Source of the DNA: an uncultured Actinomycetota bacterium
Lineage (GTDB): Bacteria; Actinomycetota; Actinomycetes; Mycobacteriales; CADCTP01
Assembly: GCA_963785005.1 (NCBI GenBank)
Contig: CAWATS010000007.1
Coordinates: 1,059,791-1,123,790 of the forward strand
Length of the DNA: 64,000 bases
Direction of reading: 5' to 3'
Part shown: one piece after another, positions 37,597-46,944 of the stretch
How positions within the stretch are numbered: the stretch's first letter is position 1
How the letters are laid out: the number at the start of each line of letters is the position of its first letter
The notes under the pieces: generated by a model
What the model saw: the letters and a program-made list of their open reading frames with translations, nothing else
Told to the model about the DNA's origin: nothing
Database searches by the model: none
Program-made: the position numbers and the translations under genes

Positions 37597-38498
37597 ATGT
37601 CCGTCCCGCCGCCGTCTACCGCCGAGACCGAGACCGACGGACCGGGCAGCCCCACGGGCGAGCCCGGCGACGCCGAGCCGGTCGCCGCCGGCGTTGGTCA
37701 GCCCGCGGCGACCGGCGACTCCGTGCTGGCGACCGCGGCGAGATGGGTCGTCGGCACCCGCGCCGGTCGGGCCACCGCCGTCGTCGCGGTGGTCGCCGTC
37801 GGCGTCGCCCTGGTGGGGGTCGGACGCGACGGCGGGCCGGCCGGCGGGAGCGCCATCGGGGCGCGGCGGCGGTCGCCGGACCCGGTCTCCCGGCCCCGGA
37901 CGAGGTCTCCACCGCCCCCACCGGCACCGGCTCGGCCGGCGGGTCACCGGGGGCCGCCGGCCCGTCCGCCGTCCCGGACGCATCCGGCTCGCCCGCCGGC
38001 ACCGGCGTGCCGGGCTCCTCCGCGCTGCCCGGCCCGGCCGGCGTGCCCGGGCCCTCCGGCCGAGCCTCGGGCCCCACCCCGGTGCCACCGACCACCGCGC
38101 TGCCGGCCGGCCCGGCCGCGCTGGAGGTCGGCAACGCGGCCCCGATCCGCGCCCTCCGCCAGGGTGGCAGCGGCGAGATCGCCATCCCGATCCGCAACAC
38201 CGGCTCCGGTCCGGCGACCGGCCTCACCGCCGCCGTCTCGCTGCCGGCCGGGCTGTCCGCCCGGCCCGGCGGCGCGGACGAGCCGAACCAGTGGCGCTGC
38301 ACCGGCACCGGCCGGACGGCGACCTGCCGGCTCAGCTCGCTGCCCGCCGCCACCGCGGGCACCGTCCGGGTCCGGGTCTCGGTGTCCCTGCTCGCGCTGC
38401 CCGGCACGGTCGGCGGCGAGGTCACGGCCAGCGACGGGACCGGCAGCGCGCTGCGGGAGCCGATCCCGCCCACCCTGGTGGCGGTGCTGCCGATCTGA
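37597..38498 (+). pseudogene. TM + Pro/Ser/Gly linker + DUF11/CARDB-like domain protein (paralog of the sigma-fusion C-terminus); frame break at a G-run at ~37858-37865
   Basis: The N-terminus with TM 'WVVGTRAGRATAVVAVVAVGVALVGVG' is in the 37597 frame. The linker and domain ('GGSGEIAIPIRNTGSGPATGLTAAVSLPAGLS ... TLVAVLPI*') are in the 37578 frame. The join lies at 'atcggggcgcgg'. Confidence 0.6.
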
Positions 38499-38504
38499 GC
38501 CCGC

Positions 38505-39659
38505 TCAGCCGAGGCCGAGCTCGCGGGCGATCAGCATCCGCTGCACCTCGGACGTACCCTCGCCGATCTCCAGGACCTTCGCGTCCCGCCAGTGCCGCGC
38601 CACCGGGAACTCGTTCATGAAGCCGTACCCGCCGAAGATCTGGGTCGCCTCCCGGGCGTTGCTGACCGCCGCGTCGGACGAGTAGAGCTTCGCGATCGCC
38701 GCCTCCCGCTTGAACGGCCTGCCGGCGAGCATCAGCGCCGCCGCGTCGTAGTACGCCAGCCGGGACAGGTGCGCCCGCGCCTCCATGTCCGCGATCTTGA
38801 ACTGGATGGCCTGGTACGCCCCGATGTGGTGGCCGAACGCCTCCCGCTGCTGGGCATAGCGCACCGACTCGTCCACGCACGCCTGCGCCAGGCCGGTGGC
38901 CAGGGCAGCGATCGCGATCCGGCCCTCGTCCAGGATGGACAGGAAGTTCGCGTAGCCGCGGCCGCGCTCGCCGAGCAGGTTCGCCGCGGGCACCCGGCAG
39001 TCGGCGAACGCCAGCTCCCGGGTGTCGGAGGCGTGCCAGCCGACCTTCGAGTACTTCTTCGAGGCCGAGAAGCCCGCCCGCGGCACCGGCACCAGGATCG
39101 TGGAGATCTCCTTGCGGCCGCCGGCCACCGCCCCGGTCACGGCGGTGACCGTGACCAGCCGGGTGATGTCGGTGCCGGAGTTCGTGATGAACGCCTTGGT
39201 GCCGTCGATGACCCACTCGCCGTCCTCGAGCCGGGCGGTGGTCCGGGTGGCACCGGCGTCCGAGCCGCCGCCCGGCTCGGTCAGCCCGAACGCCCCGAGC
39301 GCCGCGCCGGAGCACAGCGCCGGCAGCCACTCCCGCCGCTGCTCCTCGGTGCCGAACCGGTAGACCGGCATCGCGCCGAGCGACACGCCGGCCTCCAGGG
39401 TGATGGCGACCGAGGAGTCGACCCGGGCCAGCTCCTCCAGGGCCAGGCAGAGGGTGAAGTAGTCGCCGCCCATCCCGCCGTACTCCTCCGGGAAGGGCAG
39501 ACCGAACAGGCCCATCTCGCCCATCTGCTTGACCACCGGGTACGGGAACTCGGCGCGCTCGTCGTACTCGAACGCGACCGGCGCCACCACGGTGCGAGCG
39601 AAGTCGGCCACGGTCCGTCGGAAGTCGTCCTGCTCGTCGTTGAGCCGGGGATGGGCCAT
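38505..39659 (-). CDS. Acyl-CoA dehydrogenase
   Basis: 'FGLTEPGGGSDAGA', 'FITNSG' and 'QIFGGYGFMNEFPVARHWRDAKVLEIGEGTSEVQ'. Confidence 0.92.
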   Translation of the reverse strand: MAHPRLNDEQDDFRRTVADFARTVVAPVAFEYDERAEFPYPVVKQMGEMGLFGLPFPEEYGGMGGDYFTLCLALEELARVDSSVAITLEAGVSLGAMPVYRFGTEEQRREWLPALCSGAALGAFGLTEPGGGSDAGATRTTARLEDGEWVIDGTKAFITNSGTDITRLVTVTAVTGAVAGGRKEISTILVPVPRAGFSASKKYSKVGWHASDTRELAFADCRVPAANLLGERGRGYANFLSILDEGRIAIAALATGLAQACVDESVRYAQQREAFGHHIGAYQAIQFKIADMEARAHLSRLAYYDAAALMLAGRPFKREAAIAKLYSSDAAVSNAREATQIFGGYGFMNEFPVARHWRDAKVLEIGEGTSEVQRMLIARELGLG

Positions 39660-39716
39660 CCTCCGATGGTGCCACGGCCGCGAGGCGCCGGGCCGCGGCG
39701 CACGTACACTCCCCGG

Positions 39717-40190
39717 GTGCGCCTGCTCGACCGTCTCACCACCCCCTGGCACGTGCTGGCCAAGGAGATCTCTGCCTTCGGCGTGGTCGGCGTCGTCAAC
39801 CTCTTCGTCGACGTCGGCCTGTTCAACCTGCTGCATTTCCGGCTCGGGCTCGGTCCGACGACGTCGAACGTGCTCTCCGCCGCGGTGGCGACGACGATCT
39901 CCTACTTCGCCAACCGGCACTGGTCGTTCTCGCACCGGGCCCGCACCGGGCTGCGCCGGGAGTACTCGCTGTTCATTGTGATCAACCTCATAGCGCTCGG
40001 GATCTCCAGCGTCGTGGTGGCCTTCAGCTACTACGTGATCAGCGCCACCGACCCGCTCGCGCTGAACGCGGCGAAGGTGGCCGGCATCGGGATCGGCACC
40101 GTCTTCCGCTTCTGGACCTACAAGCGCTACGTCTTCCCGCCGCACGCCGGCGACCCGGACCCGGCCGACGAGGAGCGCGCCGCGGCCTGA
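39717..40190 (+). CDS. GtrA family membrane protein
   Basis: 'FGVVGVVNLFVDVGLFNLL', 'SYFANRHWSF' and 'FRFWTYKRYVF'. Four TM helices. Confidence 0.85.
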   Translation: MRLLDRLTTPWHVLAKEISAFGVVGVVNLFVDVGLFNLLHFRLGLGPTTSNVLSAAVATTISYFANRHWSFSHRARTGLRREYSLFIVINLIALGISSVVVAFSYYVISATDPLALNAAKVAGIGIGTVFRFWTYKRYVFPPHAGDPDPADEERAAA

Positions 40191-40275
40191 CCGTCGCGGC
40201 CGGCCCGGAAACCTGTTGGCCGGACCGTGGCTGGCGGCTCCCACCAGGGAGACACCTGGTCGGGAGGAGCTTGTG

Positions 40276-41136
40276 ATGATGCGCTACGGAAGCCGACGCC
40301 GGGGCCTGCTGGTCCTCGCGGCACTGGTCGGGACGCTCGCCGCATCGGCGGTGGCCGCGACACCGGCCGCCGCGGGGGTGCTCGGGCTGCAGCTGGTGAT
40401 GGACGTGACTCCGTCGAACTCGACCGACAAGAAGGCCATGGGGGTGCCCTGCCCGCGGGGCAAGATCATCGTGAGCGGCGGCGCGTTCGTCGACGGCGCG
40501 GAGGGCGAGGTGCACGTCGACCGGCTCCGGCCGGTCTTCCACGGGCACTACTTCGAGGCGGCCGCCTCGGAATGGGGGTCGCGCACCGACCGGTCGTGGC
40601 AGCTGCGGGTGTACGCCATCTGCGCCTACCCGACGCCGGGGCTGGTCCACGTCGCCGCCCGCTCGACGTCGTACGACTCTCCGCTGCGCACCGCGGTGGC
40701 GGACTGCCCGCCCGGCAAGCAGCTGATCGGCTTCGGCGGCGCGGCCGCCGTGGAGCTCGACCGGCGCGTCGTGCTCAGCGTCGTCCTGCCGTCCGCGAAC
40801 CTGACCCGCGTGATCGTCCAGTCCTGGCAGGAGCTGGCCGGCGAGCCGGAGGACTGGACCGCCGAGGCCTACGCGGTCTGCGTCGACCCGATCCCGGGCA
40901 TGTTCCTCGCGCAGAACTCACCACCGCCGAGCTCCCTGGACAAGGCCGTCGGCGTCGACTGCGGCGGCAAGCAACTGCACGCCATCGGCTCCGGCATCTT
41001 CAGCGGCGGACGGGCCGGGTTCACCGGCATCTACCCCGGCGCCGCTCCGCTCCTCGGCGGCACCGCGATCACCAAGGAGGACCCGGCCGGGGTCGACGGC
41101 GACTGGTACGTCTACACCGCCGGCATCTGCGGCTGA
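40276..41136 (+). CDS. Secreted hypothetical protein built from three ~85-aa Cys-pair repeats
   Basis: Signal peptide 'LLVLAALVGTLAASAVAATPAAA'. Three repeats each carry 'C(P)xGK...GxGG ... W ... YA(I/V)C'. GGGAGGAG RBS. Confidence 0.6.
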   Translation: MMRYGSRRRGLLVLAALVGTLAASAVAATPAAAGVLGLQLVMDVTPSNSTDKKAMGVPCPRGKIIVSGGAFVDGAEGEVHVDRLRPVFHGHYFEAAASEWGSRTDRSWQLRVYAICAYPTPGLVHVAARSTSYDSPLRTAVADCPPGKQLIGFGGAAAVELDRRVVLSVVLPSANLTRVIVQSWQELAGEPEDWTAEAYAVCVDPIPGMFLAQNSPPPSSLDKAVGVDCGGKQLHAIGSGIFSGGRAGFTGIYPGAAPLLGGTAITKEDPAGVDGDWYVYTAGICG

Positions 41137-41155
41137 AGCCGCGACCGCGCACCTC

Positions 41156-41181
41156 GGGGCGGGCCCGGCCGGGCCCGCCCC
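41156..41181. terminator. 26-nt near-perfect GC palindrome between two convergent genes
   Basis: 'ggggcgggcc-cggccg-ggcccgcccc'. Candidate bidirectional terminator without a U-tract. Confidence 0.45.
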
Positions 41182-41188
41182 CGCTCCA

Positions 41189-42745
41189 CTACACGGGCGT
41201 GACCCCGTGCCGGCGGCGGGAGAAGTGGCGGTCCTTGCCCCGGGCGACCGCCAGCCGGGCCACCAGCTCGGCCCGCAGGTCCTCCGGCTCCACCACCGCG
41301 TCGACCACCAGCTCGCTGGCCAGCCGCAGCACGTCGATGTCGGTCTCGTACGCCTCCCGCTTGTCCCGGACGAAGTCGGCCCGCTCCGCCTCGTCGGTGA
41401 TCGCGGCGATCTTGTTGGCGTAGACGGCGTTGACCGCCGCCTCGGCGCCCATCACCGCGATCTTCGCGGTCGGCAGCGCGAGCGTCGCGTCCGGCTCGAA
41501 ACCGGGACCGGCCATCGCGTACAGGCCGGCGCCGTACGCCTTGCGCACCACGACGCAGAACTTGGGCACGGTGGCCTCGGCGATCGCGGTGATCATCTTG
41601 GCGCCGTGCCGGATGATGCCCTGCTTCTCCACCGCGGCGCCCACCATGAAGCCCGGCACGTCGGAGAGGAAGACCAGCGGGACGTTGAAGGCATCGCAGA
41701 GCTGGACGAAGCGGGTCGCCTTGTCGGCCGAGTCGACGAAGAGCACGCCGCCCTTGTGCAGTGAGTTGTTCGCGACCACGCCGACCACGCCGCCGTCGAG
41801 CCGGGCGAAGCCGACGGTCACCTCCCGCGCCCACCGCGCCTGGATCTCGAAATAGGAGCTACCGGAGCCGTCGGCTGCGCTGTCGACGAGCGCCTTGACG
41901 TAGCGGCGCATGTCGAACGCCCGCCGCTCGCTGTCCGGCACGAGCGCGCGCAGGTCGCCCTCGCCGGCCTGCCTCGGCTCGGCCGCCGGCGGCGTCCCCT
42001 GCCAGTTCGACGGCAGGTACGACAGGTAGCGGCGGACCACGTCGAGCGCCTCGGGCTCGTCGGTGCACAGGAAGTGCCCGACGCCGGACTCGCCGGTGTG
42101 CACCTTCGCGCCGCCCATCGCCTCGAGCGTGGTCTGCTCGCCGGTGACCATCTCGACCATCCGGTCGCTGCCGAGGTACATGGAGGCGTTCCCGTCCACC
42201 ATGGCGACCACGTCGCAGAAGGCGGGGATGTACGCCCCGCCGGCCGCGCTCGGGCCGAACAGCGCGCAGACCTGCGGGATCGAGCCGGAGGCGCGGACCT
42301 GGTTCCAGAAGATCCGCCCGGCGCCGCGGCGGCCGGGGAACAGGTCGACCTGGTCGGTGATCCGGGCGCCGGCGGAGTCGACCAGGTAGACCATCGGGAC
42401 GCCGGTGGCGTACGCCCGCTCGATGATCCGGATGATCTTCTCCACGGTCCGGGCGCCCCACGACCCGGCCTTCACCGTCGAGTCGTTCGCCATCAGGCAG
42501 ACCGGGCGGCCGTCGATCCGCGCCTGGCCGGTGACGACGCCGTCGGCCGGCAGGTCGCCGGGCCCTCCGGTCACGGACGCGGCGTTCGCGAACATGCCGT
42601 CCTCGACGAACGACCCCTCGTCGACCAGCAGCCGCACCCGCTCCCGGGCGAACAGCTTGCCCCTGGCGGCGTTCGCCTCGTGGTAGCGGGTCGCGCCACC
42701 CTTCTCGACGGTCGCCCTGACCTCACTGATCCGCTGGTGGCTCAC
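41189..42745 (-). CDS. Acyl-CoA carboxylase carboxyltransferase (beta) subunit
   Basis: Full-length carboxyl-transferase pattern: 'ANDSTVKAGSWG', 'VYLVDSAGARI' and 'GGAYIPAFCD'. Confidence 0.92.
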   Translation of the reverse strand: MSHQRISEVRATVEKGGATRYHEANAARGKLFARERVRLLVDEGSFVEDGMFANAASVTGGPGDLPADGVVTGQARIDGRPVCLMANDSTVKAGSWGARTVEKIIRIIERAYATGVPMVYLVDSAGARITDQVDLFPGRRGAGRIFWNQVRASGSIPQVCALFGPSAAGGAYIPAFCDVVAMVDGNASMYLGSDRMVEMVTGEQTTLEAMGGAKVHTGESGVGHFLCTDEPEALDVVRRYLSYLPSNWQGTPPAAEPRQAGEGDLRALVPDSERRAFDMRRYVKALVDSAADGSGSSYFEIQARWAREVTVGFARLDGGVVGVVANNSLHKGGVLFVDSADKATRFVQLCDAFNVPLVFLSDVPGFMVGAAVEKQGIIRHGAKMITAIAEATVPKFCVVVRKAYGAGLYAMAGPGFEPDATLALPTAKIAVMGAEAAVNAVYANKIAAITDEAERADFVRDKREAYETDIDVLRLASELVVDAVVEPEDLRAELVARLAVARGKDRHFSRRRHGVTPV

Positions 42746-42780
42746 CCGGCCAGTATCGCCGGTCCGTACGCTCGGCGGCC

Positions 42781-43233
42781 GTGACCCTGCACTACGAGGA
42801 CTTCACGCCCGGCGACTCGTTCGACCTCGGGTCGGTCCGGATCGACGGCGCGGAGATGGTGGCCTTCGCGCGGCGCTTCGACCCGCAGCCGTTCCACGTC
42901 GACCCGGTGGCGGCGGTGCGCACGCCGTTCGGCGGGCTCATCGCCAGCGGCTGGTTCACCGGCTCGCTGTTCATGCGGATGTACGTCGACCGGGTGCTCG
43001 CCGACTCGACCAGCCACGGCTCGCCGGGCCTGTCGGAGCTGCGCTGGCTGGCACCGGTGCGGGCCGGCGACGTGCTCACCGGCCGGCTCGACGTGCTGGA
43101 CGTGGCACCGTCCGCGACCCGGCCCGGCCGCGGCACCGTGCACCTGCGCGGCGAGCTGCTGCGCGACGGCGAGCCGGTCCTGCGGACCACGTTCCGGGGG
43201 CTGTTCGGCCGCCGGCACCCGACCGCCGGGTAG
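42781..43233 (+). CDS. MaoC-like (R)-hydratase/dehydratase
   Basis: 'FARRFDPQPFHVDP...FGGLIASGW' hot-dog hydratase motif. Confidence 0.88.
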   Translation: MTLHYEDFTPGDSFDLGSVRIDGAEMVAFARRFDPQPFHVDPVAAVRTPFGGLIASGWFTGSLFMRMYVDRVLADSTSHGSPGLSELRWLAPVRAGDVLTGRLDVLDVAPSATRPGRGTVHLRGELLRDGEPVLRTTFRGLFGRRHPTAG

Positions 43234-43370
43234 TCGACCGGCGTGCGCGTCCAGCGCGACCACCACGTCGTCCGGGACGTCTCGTACCAGCAGATCGGCC
43301 ATCCGGTCCCACCGCCGACGTCGATTCGCATCGTCGGGGGCGGTGAGTGCGACCAGATCCGAGCATCAGG

Positions 43371-45131
43371 TCAGCCGCAGGGGATCTCCGCGCGGACGCA
43401 GGTGCCGCCGCCCGGCGGCGTCCAGGCCCGGAACCGGCCGTCGAGCGCGTCGACCCGGTCGGCCAGCCCGCGCAGCCCGGAGCCGCGGGCGGCGTCCGCG
43501 CCTCCGACGCCGTCGTCGGTCACCTGGACGACCAGCACGTCGTCGGTCACCCGGACCTCGATCACCGCCGCGGTCGCCCGAGCGTGCCTGGCGATGTTGG
43601 CCAGGCTTTCGCAGACGACGTAGTACGCGGCCACCTCGACGCTCCCCGGCAGCCGCGGCACGCCGGCCGCGTGGAGATCCAGCGGGATCGACGAGCGCGC
43701 GGCGACGGACTCCAGCGCGACGGCCAGGCCGTGCCCGGTGACCACGGCGGGATGGATGCCGCGGGCCACGTCCCGCAGCTCCTGCAGGGACACCGCGACC
43801 TCCTGCCGGGCCTGCCCGACCCGGCGGCGGGCGTCGCCGTCGCCGTCGAGCGCGTCCTCGAGCATCCCCAGCTCGAGGGACAGCGCGATCAACCGCTGCT
43901 GGGCGCCGTCGTGCAGGTCGCGCTCGAGCCGCCGCCGCTCGTCCTGCGCCGCCTCGATCACCCGCGCGCGGGAGCCGTGCAGCTCCTGCAGGCGGGCGCG
44001 CAGCTCTGCCTGCAGCCGGCCGTTCTCCAGCGCGATGGCGGCGGCCGCGCTGACCGACTCCAGCAGCTCCGGCTCCTCCCGCAGTGACGGGTGGTAGAGA
44101 AGTGCCGCCAGCGGCTCACCGTGCCGCTCGATCACCGTCACCCCACGGGCAGCGTCCGGGCTCGGCAGGGTGACGGGGGTCCCGCTCTGATCCGCCCAGC
44201 CGCCTCGCTCGGGCAGCCAGTAGGCCAGCCTCAGCGAGTCGTCGCGCAGGGCCCGCGCGATGAGCCCGCGAAGGTCTCTCGGCGGGCCGGCGCTGAGCCC
44301 AACCACCATCTCGCCGACCCCGGAGCGGGCCAGCCGCGCGTCCAGCAGCCCAGCCAGGAAGGCCAGCGGCGCCAGGCCGACGACGCCGAAGGTGACCAGC
44401 CGGACGACCTCGAAGCCCGGCAACTGGAACGCGCCGGCGACCATCAGCACCGCCACCGCGGCCAGCGCCGCCCCGCAGGCGTCGACCAGCAGGCGGACCC
44501 ACGGCCGCGGCTCCCGGGCGGCCCGCCGCCAGAGCACGACGGCGCCCGCCACCGACAGCCCGGCGAGCGTGACCAGCTGCACGTTCTGGACCGCCTCGGC
44601 GAGGTCGGGTCTGGCCACGACGGTCAGCAGGTGGCGCGGGTCGAAGCCGCCGAACATCAGGACGACGAGCTGCAGGCCGAGCGCGGTCACGTACCCGGCT
44701 GTGACCAGCAGCCGCGGCAGGCGGCCGGTCACCCGGCCGGTCGGGTAGGCGAGGAAGACATGCAGCCAGAGGGCGGGCAGGAGCAGGTCGCAGAGCTGAC
44801 CTGCGGTGTTGACCAGCGGCTGGTCGGCCCACTGCAGTACGGAGACCGGCGTCACCAGGCCAGCCGCGATGAGCAGCGGACCGAACCGGCTGTCCGGGCG
44901 GTGCCGCCAGGCCACGAGGCCGGCACCGACGAAGGGCAGGGTCGTCCAGGCGACGAGCGCGACGCGCAGCGGTCGCTGGTAGAGGTCCGGGTTGGCCAGC
45001 GCCAGGGCCACCACGACGGCGCCGGCGCCGGCGGTGGCCAGCCCGATCGCCCACACGACGCCGGCACCGGGCGGCCCGGCCGCACCGGGCGGCCTGGCCG
45101 CGCCGGACGGTGGACGCCGGTCCGGTGCCAT
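43371..45131 (-). CDS. Sensor histidine kinase (HisKA_3 / NarL-partner type) with a polytopic N-terminal domain
   Basis: H-box 'ERRRLERDLHDGAQQRL' and ATPase 'DDGVGGA...GSGLRGLADRV'. About 8 N-terminal TM helices. Confidence 0.88.
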   Translation of the reverse strand: MAPDRRPPSGAARPPGAAGPPGAGVVWAIGLATAGAGAVVVALALANPDLYQRPLRVALVAWTTLPFVGAGLVAWRHRPDSRFGPLLIAAGLVTPVSVLQWADQPLVNTAGQLCDLLLPALWLHVFLAYPTGRVTGRLPRLLVTAGYVTALGLQLVVLMFGGFDPRHLLTVVARPDLAEAVQNVQLVTLAGLSVAGAVVLWRRAAREPRPWVRLLVDACGAALAAVAVLMVAGAFQLPGFEVVRLVTFGVVGLAPLAFLAGLLDARLARSGVGEMVVGLSAGPPRDLRGLIARALRDDSLRLAYWLPERGGWADQSGTPVTLPSPDAARGVTVIERHGEPLAALLYHPSLREEPELLESVSAAAAIALENGRLQAELRARLQELHGSRARVIEAAQDERRRLERDLHDGAQQRLIALSLELGMLEDALDGDGDARRRVGQARQEVAVSLQELRDVARGIHPAVVTGHGLAVALESVAARSSIPLDLHAAGVPRLPGSVEVAAYYVVCESLANIARHARATAAVIEVRVTDDVLVVQVTDDGVGGADAARGSGLRGLADRVDALDGRFRAWTPPGGGTCVRAEIPCG

Positions 45132-45220
45132 TTCCCGACCCCTCCGCCTCGAGACGGGAGCCGATGAGCAGTGCTGGTCGATCACGCTACGCCGCCGGCC
45201 GGCGTCGGCGGCCCGGTATG

Positions 45221-46753
45221 TCAGGTGAACGGCACGACGCCGGGCGCGCAGGTCGTCCCGCGCGGGGGCAGGACGCCGTCCACCAGGTAGCGCTCGAGAA
45301 TGGCCTGCGCGCAAGGGCTTCGAGTGTCCCGGGCGGTATGCCCCCAGCCCTCGACGGTCACCAGGCGGCTGCCGGGCAGCAGGCGCGCCATCCGGACGGC
45401 GTTGCGGTGCGGCGTGGCCGGGTCCCAGCGGGTATTGAGCACCAGCGCCCCCCGGTCGGTGCGCAGCCGCCACGAACCGGTGTACCGGTCGGCGTCCCGA
45501 GCCGGCCAGACCGCGCAGGGCAGGCTGAGGTAGGCCCAGAACGCGCCGACGTACGGGGCTTCCCGATCGGCGCGGGCCGCGATGCCGGCGTACGCGTAGG
45601 GATTCCGCGGGTTGTCGGTCTCGCTGCAGACGTTCGCGAGGAGGGCTTCGAGGGTGTTGTCGTACTGGGTGTTGTCGTCCTGCGAAGCGGCGCCGCGAGC
45701 GCCCGCGGGTGGCGTGGTAGCGGCGTAGAGCTGCTGGAGGGTCGCGGCGGCCGCCGCCCAGCCCTCCGCGTTGTAGAGGCTCTGCACCGTGACATCGACG
45801 AGCTCGGCGTAGCCGATCACCCGGCCGTCGGGGAGTGCCAGCGGGGTCTCGCGCAGCCGCCTCGCCAGCGTGGCGTACTTCGTACGGGGATCGCCGCCCT
45901 GGGCGAAGTCGCACCTCGGTCCCGCCCCGGCGCACAGCGCGAAGAACTGGTCGAGCGTCTCGGCGGAGCCGAGGTGGGCGTTCACCCGCAGGAAGGGGAC
46001 TGACCGGCGGGGCCCGGTCGCGTACGCCGGCGGGTAGCTGTTGGCGTCGAGCACCAGCGCGCCGACGCGGCCCGGGAAGAGCGCGGCGTAGGTGGCGCCG
46101 AGGTAGGTGCCGTAGGAGTAGCCGGCGTAGCTGAGCCGGTCGTCGCCGACCGCCGCTCGGAGCAGGTCGAGGTCCCGGGCGACGTTGGCGGTCGACACGT
46201 GCGGCAGCAGCCAGCCCGCGCGGGCCTGGCACCGGTCCGCGAGATCCGTGACTCTCCGCACCTGGGCGGCGAGCTCGTCCGGTCCGGTCGGCAGCACGTC
46301 GTAGTCGGCGAAGAACGCCTCCCGCGCGCCGGCGTCGGCGAAGCACCGGACCGCGGTGCTGGAGCCGACGCCGCGGGGGTCCATCCCGACGATGTCGTAG
46401 CGGGCCCGCACTCCCGCCGGGTACGCGCTGAGCGCAGCTTCCCGGACGAACGTCACGCCCGAGTTGCCCGGGCCGCCGGGATTGACGAACAGCGACCCGA
46501 TCCGGCGGTCCGGATCGGCGGCGGGCAGCCGGATCAGCGCGATGTCGATGCGCCGGCCGTGCGGCCGGTCGTAGTCGAGCGGCACCCGGGCGGTGCTGCA
46601 CTCGAAGCCGTCGCCGCATGCGGCCCAGGACAGCCGGGAGACGGGCGGACTGGCTGGGGCCGGACCCGCTACGACCGCCGATGCCGGGCCGGTCGACGCT
46701 GCCGCGGCGAGGACCAGCACCGTGGCCGCGCGGATGAGTGGCGTCGCGCTCAC
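45221..46753 (-). CDS. Secreted alpha/beta hydrolase, tripeptidyl-aminopeptidase (Tap/S33-like)
   Basis: Signal peptide. 'PLDYDRP...NPGGPGNSG' and nucleophile elbow 'YAGYSYGTYLG'. Confidence 0.85.
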   Translation of the reverse strand: MSATPLIRAATVLVLAAAASTGPASAVVAGPAPASPPVSRLSWAACGDGFECSTARVPLDYDRPHGRRIDIALIRLPAADPDRRIGSLFVNPGGPGNSGVTFVREAALSAYPAGVRARYDIVGMDPRGVGSSTAVRCFADAGAREAFFADYDVLPTGPDELAAQVRRVTDLADRCQARAGWLLPHVSTANVARDLDLLRAAVGDDRLSYAGYSYGTYLGATYAALFPGRVGALVLDANSYPPAYATGPRRSVPFLRVNAHLGSAETLDQFFALCAGAGPRCDFAQGGDPRTKYATLARRLRETPLALPDGRVIGYAELVDVTVQSLYNAEGWAAAAATLQQLYAATTPPAGARGAASQDDNTQYDNTLEALLANVCSETDNPRNPYAYAGIAARADREAPYVGAFWAYLSLPCAVWPARDADRYTGSWRLRTDRGALVLNTRWDPATPHRNAVRMARLLPGSRLVTVEGWGHTARDTRSPCAQAILERYLVDGVLPPRGTTCAPGVVPFT

Positions 46754-46944
46754 GGGATCAGCTCCTGTCGCGGCCGGCCGGCACCGGGTTCCCGGGTCGT
46801 GGGGTGACGGTCGCAGTGACCGACGGCGGACGACAGGCGGCTGACCGGTCGCCCGGGGGCCGGGTTTCTGGTGGTCCGGGATCCGTGGATCGCCGCCGAC
46901 CGGCGCGGTAGCGTTCCGACGGCCGCAGATCGGGGGCGAATCCG

